NCBI RefSeq assembly: GCF_009834535.1
Contig: NC_045696.1
Coordinates: forward strand, 103,542,001-103,606,000
Direction: 5' to 3'
Length of the DNA stretch: 64,000 nt
DNA from: Camelus ferus
Lineage: Eukaryota
Shown: piece after piece, positions 1-10,700 of the stretch
How the letters are laid out: each line of letters starts with the position of its first letter
How positions within the stretch are numbered: position 1 is the stretch's first letter
Notes under the pieces: model-generated
Seen by the model: only the letters and a program-made list of their open reading frames with translations
Databases searched by the model: none
Told to the model about the DNA's origin: nothing
Position numbers and translations under genes: made by a program

Positions 1-918
1 TTTAGCTCAGTTCTGTTCCGACTGACAGTGAAACAGTTACTGTGCATCTGAAGGAAAAACCCTTTTGTCTACAGAAATCCTGACCTTCTTGAAAAGCCAT
101 ACCAAAAAATTGTACTTTTGAGGCTACTCAAAACAGAAGAAGTTGCAAATACTTTAATGAGGCCCAAAGAATCTGCAGACCATTTTAAAGTCTCTTGTTT
201 TTATCCTAAATTAAATTCATAAATATTGAACCTTAGGATCCATAATCTGGTATAACATCAACATCTTCCTCTCTGAACAAGTCTCTAATTATTTTAATAA
301 TGACTATGCACTCATAAAAGAGGGTATTCTTCTTAAACAAGGAGCCACGGTAGCTGAGAGAGAAAATTAAGCCATTGGTTCATTTGAAGCACATAGAAAA
401 TACTTCCTGATAGGGGTTCCATTTGGAAGTGGATCACGGCAGATGTACAGAAGAAAAGGACTGTATGTGTTCACACAATGAGATTTTAAACAACTCTCCA
501 AGAAGTAAAGAGATTTTATTACAGAGATTATTAGAGGAGACGAAACAAGTGTAATGTTAACAAAGAAAAAACAAAATAACATCCACAAAACATATTTTTG
601 ATATGTGGAGGAAATGGTATCGCCAGGAAAAAGTTCCGGGGGGTTATAAAGAAGAATGAAACAAGGGAATAAAAGTGAAAGTTATTTTTGGTAGAACATA
701 AGAGACTGTATTTGGAATGATGAAGCGTTAAGTTTTTGTTACAAATTTTGTTAAGTCTGCTTCTAAAATATTTCCTTTTTTCCTGGTCAGTAAAGAATAA
801 AAATAATGGTGAGTTGAGAGAATAAGAGGATTGTAAGGAAAGGTGAACCACTCAAGCATTAGACCCCAGCTCCGTGTCCACTGGTAAGGTGGGAGGGTTC
901 TGTTAACGATATTTTAGT

Positions 919-1031
919 GGGGAGGGTATAGCTTAGTGGTAGAGTGTGTGCCTCACATGCACAAGGTCCTCAGTTCAATCCCCAGCACCTCCACTAAAAA
1001 TTAAATAAAAAAGATTAACTACCCCCCAAAA
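919..1031 (+). mobile_element. tRNA-derived camelid SINE (Vic-1-like)
   Basis: GGGGAGGGTATAGCTTAGTGGTAGAG...GTTCAATCCCCAGCACCTCC followed by an A-rich tail. Confidence 0.85.
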
Positions 1032-1369
1032 TATTTTAAAGTATATGAGCAACATCAAATTTAACAAATAATGGTGACAGTAAGGTCACTTGGTAATAGC
1101 AAATGAGAGGAAAGCCTTACTTCCACATATCTTAGGGCCATAATAGAAGGCTGGACTCTGACATGGGGTAAGCTAAAGAAAATGCAACACCAGATTCAGC
1201 TGGTGAGACTTTGAACATTGAAAACCTGACATGACATTGCAAGTAATGACCCTGATGTACAAAATCGATGTAAAAAGAATTAGTAAAGGTAGAATTGAAT
1301 ACTAAGTCATACATATCAACTAAAATCCACACATAATTCTTCTGACATCCTTTCATTTGTCTCTTCAGT

Positions 1370-2390
1370 CTATTCATTCACCCCACAGATAGAGAGAGGG
1401 GACACATTATGTCAGTTATTGTTCTAGGCACTGATGCAACAGAAAACAAAATTAGAAAAAAAAATTCCTGCCTTGATGGAGATTACATTTTAGTGGGTGA
1501 GACTATCAATAAACAAAATAAGTAAAAGATATAGTATATTAAATCGTGGTATTACAAACTACCCCGAAACTTCATAGCCTAAAATCATGATTTAGAATTT
1601 CTCAGAAGTCTGTGCTTCGAGGTGGCAGCTTTTTGCTGGTTTTAGTGGCTGTTCATCTGGGGTGTTGATAGTTGGCTGAGCTCAGCCGGGAGAGCTGGGA
1701 AGCCACTGGAAGCTTTTAGCAGAGGAATGCTGTGAGTAGATGGACGTTTTGACAGGATCTCAGGTGGAATTGGGCAAGGGTGAAAACACAATTATTTGTT
1801 TGTAAAAAGAAAATTTGGAATTGATGGCAGGAGCTCTGATGACAGGTCAGTGGAGGGCGTAAGAGGGTTTGCTCAGTAGCTGAATGTGGGGTGTGGCAGA
1901 AAGACAAAGGACAAGATCAACTCTTGGGTTTGGGCCAGGGTAACTGGAAGGATGAATTTCCTATAAACTCAGCTGGAAATCCTCTGGAGGAGCAGGTTTC
2001 AGGGACGATGCGGAACTCAGTCTTGTACCTGTAAAATTGGAACTGCCTATGGGACATCCAAATGCAGATTCTTAGTTAGTCTGCTGGATCTATGAGTAAG
2101 GAGTGCAGGGGAGGGGCCTGGGCTGGAGATATTCATTGGGAATCACCCAGCATATAAATGGCATTTACTTAAATCTGTGAGACTGGATGCAGCAAACGGG
2201 GTGAAAGCAGAGAAGGCTCAGGACTGAGCCTAGAGGTTAGGAGGTGAGAAGGGCAGCGAGGAAGAAGGAAAGACAGCAGAGGATGCTCTCCTAGGAGCCA
2301 CGTGACAAAAGGGCATCCAGGAAGAGCGTGATCAGCTGTGACAAATGCTGCTGGTAGACCAAGTAGTATAAGGACTGAGAATTGACTGTC
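1370..2390 (+). mobile_element. L2 LINE fragments
   Basis: GACATCCAAATGCAGA, GGGCTGGAGATATTCATTGGGAATCA and TCAGCTGTGACAAATGCTGCTG are L2-like. Confidence 0.6.
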
Positions 2391-2498
2391 CTTGACAGTT
2401 TTATTTACTGGCTTTTTGTGAAGCTGAAAAGGAACATTAAATGGAATGGAAAAGGCTTATTTTACTTGTAAAAGTGGGTACAAATGAGACATTATATA

Positions 2499-2620
2499 GG
2501 GGGTGGATATAGCTCAGTGGTAGAGTGTGTGCTTAGTATGCACGAGGTCCTGGGTTCAATCCCCAGCACCTCCATCAAAACAGTAAATAAATAAAAAACC
2601 GAATTACCTCCTCCTGAAAA
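2499..2620 (+). mobile_element. tRNA-derived camelid SINE (Vic-1-like)
   Basis: A box TAGCTCAGTGG at 2510-2520, B box GGTTCAATCC at 2553-2562, A-rich tail. Confidence 0.88.
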
Positions 2621-3819
2621 ATTTAAATTGAAAATGAAAGGAATTTTTGGAGAAAAATGAGGATGGAGGTTGTTTTGCTGGTTGAATATCAGGGGGCAGA
2701 GGAAGAATTTCAGAGGCTGAGGAGGAGTGGGAGATAGAGGAATAAACGGGAATCTAAGGAACCATTTGGGATTAGATTTAAGGGAGTGCAAGGTAATCTG
2801 GGAAGCCTGGGCTTCTTGCTCTGACTAGGGATGGAGGGCTGGATGAGACTGCTGGTCTCAAAGCAGACGGTGGTGGCCAGACCCTGAGTTTTCCGGGCAG
2901 GGAGGTGTGCATGCAGGGTGCTGGAGCTGGAGCTCCCACTGGACCAGTGCAGCCAGAGTGGAGGGACGTATTATGCAGAGCCCTCGGGCCCCTCCTACCA
3001 GGTCCATGTAAGTGGAGCTGGCAGAGGGTTGGTCTGACCTGAGCTGGGAGGACCTGGGCATTTGCATGTGTTAGATGGTGGGTTTGAAGGCTGTGGTGGA
3101 GACCTCATAAGGACTTTAAGAGTAACTCCTTTGTCTTTGCATCTGTCTCAAGGACCTAACAGCAGGGCTGTGGTGGAGTTGGGGAGACTCAGCACTCCTA
3201 AACTTTATTAGGGTATCTGTATGCACTCACAAGACCTCAATTCTGGGCCATCTGTCTGAGACAAACCCAACACCACAGTCTCAGGGCTGTCAAGGGCTAT
3301 TTTAAGCATTAGGTCTGGGAAAGACGCATATCCATACCTTTCATCCTTAAGAAGATCTAAGACTGTTGAAAAAGTTCAGAGTCTGTGTTGTTAGAGTCTA
3401 GAGCTCAGTGAAGAATTTCAGGCTACCCTAAAATTCCCATCTTATGATTGGGGGGCAGCTCCAAGATTTTGTACATTTAAAACCTGGAAAACATTCTAGA
3501 AGAGAGTTGGAATGAATAAAACATTTGCTGTTTAAAAGATTTTTCACTTCTTCCTTTACTCATTTCTTCTGCATTTGGATAAACTTCTTGAAAATGTAGC
3601 ACTTCTAATGAATTCCAAGGAGCTTTCTCAGATTACCTCCACAGGGGACCAGAACAAGATGAGAAACACAATTATTTTGATTTGAGTGCTCTCTTGAAGA
3701 GTTGAACAATATGACAAATGGAACAACCATTAATGCATTTTCTTGCATTTTCCACTTAATGGCAAATATAAAAGGGTATTGGTTGTGATCTTAAATAATA
3801 TGTTTCTCTTTTTAAAAAA

Positions 3820-4590
3820 AATCAGGTTTATTTTATACAAAGTAAAATTTGTAGATCTTTAAGTGTACAGTTTGAAGAGTTTTGACAAATGTATCAACTC
3901 TTGTAACCATCACCCAAGTCAATTTATAGAACATTTCTATCACTATGGAAAGCTTCTTGTGCTTTTGCCAGTTAATAGCCCAATTAGAGGCTTCCAGTCT
4001 TCTGATTTCTATCTCTGTAGGTTAGTTTTGTCTCTTCTTGAACTTCATAGGAACAGAATCATACAGTTTAGTACTCTATTATGCCTGGATTCTTTTGCTC
4101 AATATAATGTTTTGTGATTCAACCATGTTGTAGCATGTATCTGTTTTTCCTTTTCTTACTGCTATTCTATTCATTCCACTCTATGAATAGAACACTATTC
4201 TTCTGTTGATGGACATTAGGGTTATTTCTAGTTTGGGGCTATTATAAGTACAAAAAAAAGCATCTTTGAATATTCATCTATGTCTTTTTCTGGGCAGATT
4301 TTTTCATTTTTCTTGGGCAAATACCTAGGAATAGAATTGCTGGGTCATAGGGTAGATGCATATTTAACTTTTTATGATACTGACTTACTACTTTCCAAAG
4401 TGGCTGTTCCATTTTTCATTCCCACTAGCAATGCAGGAGAGTTCCAGAGCCTCCAAGTCTTCACCGAGACTTTGTGTTATCAGTCTTTTTAATTCGAGCT
4501 ATTCTAAGGGGTGTGTAGAGATATTTCATTTTGATTTTAACTTGCATTTCTGATAAGGAATGTTAGGCACCTTATCATGTGCTAACTACC
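3820..4590 (-). mobile_element. Old L1 3' fragment
   Basis: Typical reverse L1M 3' sequence (CTGTTGATGGACATT, ATACCTAGGAATAGAATTGCTGGGTCATAGGGTA). Confidence 0.75.
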
Positions 4591-5442
4591 TATCTGAGGT
4601 GAATGAGCAGGGCCGTCTTAGATGTGGAGAAAGGTGATTGGAGGTAGGGAGAAGGTGAGGTCATTGGTGATCTGCACTGGTGTATCTGGTTAAATGCTTC
4701 TTCAGGGATGCAGGATCAAAAATGGAGGCACTTAGCATGATGGAAGAGTAGAGATTTTGGTCCTCTGACATCAAAAGATTATTCATGGGACACCTGTGTT
4801 GGCTCAGTTTTAAGATCAGTGGTCCTAACCAGTCTTAGCTGGCTTGAAGTGGACAAGAGCTGACTCCAAGTTCCTAGAAAACAACTTAAGCCTCTGTTAA
4901 TAGCAACCCATAGTTCAGAGGTGTTATCCACAGGGGTCGTTAATGAGTTTTGTGATAGATGACCTAGGCTATGTGAAGCTTGGAGGGTGGACAGTTAAAA
5001 AAAAAAACCAGAAGAACTTAAAGCTAGCTTAATCAGTAAAAGCAGGTTACAAGCAGTGGGGTCTTAGCAAGCTTTTCCCTTATTTGTTGTTCTGTAAGAC
5101 AAGCTCAAGAATTTCTGTTAGTCACCAGCTTCTGTGACCCCACAGGGCATCGTTTCACAGGGAGCAGCAACTCCCCAAGTATAAACAATTGTTATTTGTT
5201 AACACGAATTGTGGCAGATAATATAGGTTGATTCATTCAATGCCTATTCCCAATAACTGTTCCTCTTTGTGTGTCTACAATACAAGCTGGGAAGCCAAAC
5301 TTCATCTCCCTTTCCCTTTGCATCTGGAAGGGGCTCTGTGACATAACTCTGGCCAAGGGTAATAGACTAAAGACATTGGGAAGGGCAGCCCTTCCCAAGT
5401 CAAAATCAAAGTCTTGCTAAAGGAAAAAAAAATCTGGGAGGT

Positions 5443-5535
5443 GGGGATGAGTATAGCTCAGTGGTAGAGCACATGCTTAGCATGCACGAGGTCTTGTGTT
5501 CTATCTCCAGTACCTCAATTTAAAATAAATAAAAT
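5443..5535 (+). mobile_element. tRNA-derived camelid SINE (Vic-1-like)
   Basis: TATAGCTCAGTGGTAGAGCACATGCTTAGCATGCACGAGGTC with a tRNA-Ala-like AGC anticodon loop; degenerate B box. Confidence 0.85.
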
Positions 5536-6178
5536 TTAAAGGAAGAAGAAAAACCTTTTGCCCCTTTTATTTCTCCAAGAATGTAAATATGAGGCATGAA
5601 AATACAGCAGCCATCTTGGGGCCATGAGGGAGAGGTGTGAGAATGAGACGTCAAAATGAAGACGTAACAGAAAGGAGAGAGCCTGGTGCCTAATGGCACC
5701 ACTGACCATTGTACTAGCCCTGGACTTCCTACCTCTCGGCTTCTTATTGTGTGAGACAATCGTCTCCTATCTTTTTAAGCCAATGTGCTCAGGTTGTCTG
5801 ATATTCGCTGCCAAATCTATTGCTAGCTGATATTCTAGTATTTACAAGAAGATACTATATCTAACATGAAATTATTTATGTTATGCACTATTATCTCTTT
5901 ATTGAATCTGACTTTATTTATTAAGGATATAACTGATTTTTAAAAAAACTCCAAGTATTGAGACATAATTACACTTTTACATGAACAGAAGGGTTTAACA
6001 TTTTCCACCATATTATTGACTCTAGGAACCAAATTTTTAAAAATTGACAAATCTAGTAATAGCCTGCTCCAATACTGTTTTAACATTTGTGAAAAATGTA
6101 CCAGACATTTTAATATTTTCCTTTTTAAACCAATGATTTCTTTATATGCTCCTACTCTTTTAAAATGAACAGATAGTT

Positions 6179-6316
6179 GGGAGAAGGGTATAGCTCAAGT
6201 GGTAGAGCACATGCTCAGCACCCAAGAGATCCTGGGTTCAATCCCCACTACGTCCTCCAAGCGGAGATCAGTGAAGAAGCCTAATTACCTCCCCCTCAGA
6301 AAACAAACAATATAAG
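6179..6316 (+). mobile_element. tRNA-derived camelid SINE with 15-bp target-site duplication
   Basis: SINE head flanked by TAAAATGAACAGATA at 6161-6175 and 6317-6331. Confidence 0.88.
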
Positions 6317-6939
6317 TAAAATGAACAGATAATCCCTTTTCAGCCTATGAATATTTGGATTTTTTTCTTTTAATTTTATTGAAGTGTAATTGATGTACAA
6401 TATTATGTGTTACAGGTGTACCCCATAGTGATTCAGTTTTTAAAGGTTATACTCCAATTATAGTTATTATAAAATATTGGCTATATTCCCTGTGTTGTAC
6501 AATATATCCTTATAGCTTATTTTATACATAATAGTTTGTACCTCTTATGAACATTTGAATTTAGATCAGCTATGACAGCAGTATACTAAAGCACAATAAA
6601 ATGGTACAAAGTACAGTAAAATGGTATAGGACATAATGAACTGGCTTGGCCAGTAGTTGAAAACACAGCACATACAGCTCTGAAATGCAGCTACGAATAA
6701 GAAATATGTGTGTAGCGTCACAGAACTGAAAGTGGAAAAATGTGAACAAACTTTAGAAAAGCAACTTTGAAAAAAAACAGAAAAGAAACATTGGAGAAAA
6801 ACATACTCAATTAAGATATTCTATTGAGACAGTATAAGCTAGTGGTGAAGAACACAGATTGTAGAACCTGTCTGCCTGAATTCACATCCTGCTTTTTGTT
6901 TACTAGTTTTGTAAAGTTAGGCAGGTGTCTGAACTTGGG

Positions 6940-7235
6940 CGATCTTAACAAAATACCACAGGCCGGGTGGCTTCAACAACAGAAATGTATTTTCTCGCAG
7001 TTCTAGAGGCTGGAAAGTCTAAAATCAAGGTGACATCAGGGTCAGTGTCTAGGGAAGACTCTCCTGTGCTGCAGATGCTATATCGCTGTATCCTCACATG
7101 GCCTTTTCTCACTGCATTTGGGGGTGTGGAGTGGAGGGGGGACAGAGAGAGATCTCTTCCTCTTCTTGTAAGCCCATCAATCCTATAGGATTAGGACATT
7201 TAAATTAATTTTGGGGGGACACAATTTAGTCCACA
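6940..7235 (-). mobile_element. MLT1 (MaLR) LTR fragment
   Basis: AACAAAATACCACAGGCCGGGTGGCTTCAACAACAGAAATGTATTTTCTCGCAGTTCTAGAGGCTGG. Confidence 0.7.
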
Positions 7236-7254
7236 GCAGCAGCTTACTTTACCT

Positions 7255-7425
7255 TTTTTTTTTTTTAATTTATTACTTTTATTTATTTATTTTTTTTTGA
7301 GGAGAGGGAGAGATAATTAGGTTTATTTATTTATATTTATTTATTTTAATGGAGGTACTGGGGATTGAACCCAGGACCTCATACATACTAAGCACACACT
7401 CTACCACTGAGCTATGCCCTCCCCC
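7255..7425 (-). mobile_element. tRNA-derived camelid SINE (Vic-1-like)
   Basis: Reverse-complement SINE (GGAGGTACTGGGGATTGAACCCAGGACCTC...CTCTACCACTGAGCTAT) with a T-rich tail. Confidence 0.88.
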
Positions 7426-7658
7426 TACTTAACCTTTTAGTGTCTATGTTTCCTTAGCTGTAAAAAGAGTTAATGATAATGGCAAAGGATTTTTGTGAGG
7501 ATTAAATGAATTAATATTTGTAAAGCCCTTAGAAGAGAATTTGGCACATAGTATTATACAAATTTTATTGTTGCTACTGACCATATTTTAGTAAGTTTCT
7601 AATAGGGAATTCCAACTTCTCAAAAATGTTATTAAAAGGTACACACATTAACATTAAC

Positions 7659-7875
7659 CAAGATTTCTCAACCTCAGTGCTATTGATATTTTGGGCCCAA
7701 TAATTCTTTGTTGTAAGGGACTGTCCTGTGCACTGTGGGATGTTTAGCAGCATCCCGACTTCCACCTGCTAGATCCCGGGAGCACCCCTGTCGCTAGTTG
7801 TGAGAACCACAAGTGTCTCCAGACATTGCCAAATGTCCCCTGCAGGGCAAAATCACCCCTGATTGAGACCCACTG
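7659..7875. mobile_element. MER20-like hAT DNA transposon
   Basis: Resembles the MER20 consensus (TTCTCAACCTCAG...GGACTGTCCTGTGCACTGT...TCTCCAGACATTGCCAAATGTCCCCTG...TTGAGACCCACTG). Confidence 0.8.
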
Positions 7876-7954
7876 CTATAAATCTATCCAGGACACAAAA
7901 GCAGCTACATGAATTTATAGTTTAAAATTTTGTCATTTTTCATAGTAAAAATCT

Positions 7955-8235
7955 TACGGTTACTGGGGGAAAGGGGCTGGGAGGGGATACATTTGGGAGT
8001 TTGAGATTTGCAAATGTTAGCCACTACATATAAAAACAGATTTTTAAAAGTTTCTTCTGTACAGCATAGGGAACTATATTCAATATCTTGTAATAACCTT
8101 GAATGAAAAAGAATATGAAAACGAATATATGTATGTATATGCATGACTGGAACATTGTGCTGTACACCAGAAGTTGACACATTATAACTGACTGTACTTC
8201 AATTAAAAAATTAAAATAAAAAAATAAAAAACAGA
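7955..8235 (+). mobile_element. Younger artiodactyl L1 3' end
   Basis: AGGGAACTATATTCAATATCTTGTAATAACC...TGTACACCAGAAGTTGACAC plus an A-rich tail. Related copies at 23880-24020 (+) and 61565-61940 (-). Confidence 0.75.
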
Positions 8236-8603
8236 ACAAAAAAATTGTCATTTTGAAAATATAAGAAGTTCTTACAAAACTTTAGGAAACTACGTCAACA
8301 ATCTTTTTTAATACTTAATACAGGGTTGTCTCATATAATTTCAAATCTCTGTATTTGAGTTTTCCTCCCCGAGGTGCAATACATTGACCAGCTTAAGTTT
8401 TAAAATGTTTAATTCTTCTTATTTGTCAAGGATAAGATTTAATTAAAATAAGTAAAATAAGGCTCATATTCAACATTCTAGTTTCCAGAGATAATCTTTT
8501 AAAGGAAAGGTGGAAGGTCACTTAAAGCAGAATTTGATGTACCTAAGGCTCCCATGATTCCTTAATTCTGATAGAATAGACCTTATAAACTGATGATCTA
8601 CAC

Positions 8604-8907
8604 CAGCACTGTCCACCAGAAATTTTTTCCACGAGGGAAATGTTCTGTTTGTGATATCCAATGTGGAAGCCACATCCACATTGACTACTGGCCACTTGAA
8701 ATGTGGCTAGTGTAACTGAGGGACTGAATTTTATTTATTTTATTTATTTGTTTTTTAATGGAGGTACTGGGGATTGAACCCAGGGCTTCGTTCATGTTAA
8801 GCACGCACTCTACCGCTGAGCTATTCCCCACCCCCTGGACTGAATTTTAAATTTTATTTTAATTAATTTAAATTTAAAATTAAATTTAAATAGACACACG
8901 TGGCTAG
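8604..8907. mobile_element. MER3-like hAT element (split by a SINE)
   Basis: CACTTGAAATGTGGCTAGTGTAACTGAGGGACTGAATTTT...AAATAGACACACGTGGCTAG resembles MER3. Confidence 0.7.
8734..8836 (-). mobile_element. tRNA-derived camelid SINE inserted in a MER3-like element, 13-bp TSD
   Basis: Flanked by GGACTGAATTTTA at 8721-8733 and 8837-8849. Confidence 0.88.
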
Positions 8908-9250
8908 AAGCTAAACTATGAAATAACACAGATCTGTACCCTTCAAGAAAGAAGAGATTTTATACGTTATTTTATTCCTTAAGGAAGTATTTTTATATGG
9001 GCAGGCTCCCCTCTCCCTTTTCCCTACACAGACAGATACCACCAGGGAAACATGAGGGTGTGTGGAGTGAAGTTGGAACTGAAGGCAAGGTAGGTAGGCA
9101 AGCAAGGGGAAGCGATGTGAACAACTATTACAAGGGGATGCCTGCTCTCTCCATAGAAATGCTATGGGGCTCATGTATACCACAGGCCGTTAGATAAAAT
9201 AGAAATGGGTTTTCATAAACCACACAAGAAACGGTCCTCTTAGTCATATA

Positions 9251-9572
9251 TAGTCATCTCTCAGTATCCAGGGGCATTGGTTCCAGGACCCTTGCCTGAC
9301 ACCAAAATTTGGGGATGCTCAGGTCCCTAATATAAAGTGGTGTGGTATTTGCACTTAACCTACACACATTCTCCCCATACTTAAAATCATCTCTAGATTA
9401 CTTATGCTACCTGATACAAAGTAAATGCTTTGTAAATAGATGCCAGCACTTGGCAAATTCAAGTTTCGCTTTTTGGAACTTTCTGTAACTTTTTTTTTTT
9501 TTTTTGAGAATATGTTTGGCTCAGTAGGTTGAATCCACTGTGTGGAAGCAGCAGACCCGGGGGCTGACTGTA
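9251..9572. mobile_element. MER2-like (Tigger) DNA transposon
   Basis: CAGTATCCAGGGGCATTGGTTCCAGGACCC...AAATCATCTCTAGATTACTTAT...GGCTGACTGTA. Confidence 0.75.
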
Positions 9573-9956
9573 CTGTATTTGCTGCAAGTGAATGTAATCT
9601 GTCCCTTCTGCTGCCCAGAGCACTCACCGTGTGTTTCTGAGAAGCTTCACTACATTACACTTTACAATTCTGTTGTAAACCTAAAATTCCCTAACAGGCC
9701 CTGCCATCTCTGAAGATAGAAAACTTACATGTATTCAAATTCCTTCTACTGTCATAGCAAGCAATAAATAATATAATTTTATTATAAATATGTAATAAAT
9801 ATGTATTATAAATATATAATCTTTATAAAAGTAGAAAAAGCAGGGCAGGAGTAGCACTGCAGGGGTTAATTTACGATAAAAGTCTAAGAATTGCTACCAA
9901 AGAGGTAGATGATGATTACTTTCTACCAACCATGCAAAGCTTGTTCTATGCTATGT

Positions 9957-10443
9957 ATTTTTTTTATTGATATATAGTTGATTTACAATGCTGTGTTAAT
10001 TTTTGGTGTACTGCATAGTGATTCACATATATATACACACATACATATACATATATATATATACACACACAACCTTTTCATATTCTTTTGTGTCATAGGC
10101 CATTGCAAGGTATTGAATAGAGTTCCTTGTGCTATACAGTAGGACCTTGTTGTTTATCTATTTTATATATAGTAGTTTTTATGTGCTAATCTCAAACTCT
10201 TAATTTATCCCTCCCCCTCTTTTCCCTTTGGTAACCATAATTCTATTTTCAATGTTGGTTAGTCTGTCTCTGTTTTGTAAATAAGTTCATTTGTGTCATT
10301 TTTAAAGATTCCACATATAAGTGGTATCATGTGATATTTGCCTTGCTCTATCTGACTTACTTCACTTAGTATGATAATCTCTAGGTCCATCCATGTTGCT
10401 GCAGATGGCAATATTTCATTCTTTTTTATGGCTGAGTAATATT

Positions 10444-10494
<51 letters not shown>

Positions 10495-10700
10495 ACCACA
10501 TCTTCTTTATCCATTTATCTGTCGATGGACATTTGGGTTGCTTCCATGTCTTGGCTATTGTAAATAGTGCTGCCATTAACATTGGGGGTGCATGTTTCTT
10601 TTCAAATTGGAGTTTTCTCTGGATATATGCCCAACAGTGGGAGTGCTAGATCATATGGTAACTCTATTTTTAGCTTTTTAAGGAATCTCCATACTTTTTT
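9957..10700 (-). mobile_element. L1 3' fragment containing a (TG)n microsatellite
   Basis: Minus-strand translation ALFTIAKTWKQPKCPSTDKWIKKMW...EYYSAIKKNEI...ATWMDLE matches the L1 ORF2 C-terminus. Confidence 0.88.
10446..10492. repeat. (TG)n microsatellite, about 23 units
   Basis: Seen directly. Confidence 0.95.

Noticed and set aside
1..900. Possible start of the next syntenic gene (GRK7 follows RNF7 in human) or a decayed coding sequence
   Set aside because: No recognisable GRK7 or other coding sequence in the frames I translated. The gene probably lies outside the window.
2499..2575. tRNA-Ala-like sequence with A and B boxes (and similar copies)
   Set aside because: Multiple diverged copies with A-rich tails and target-site duplications indicate SINEs, not tRNA genes.
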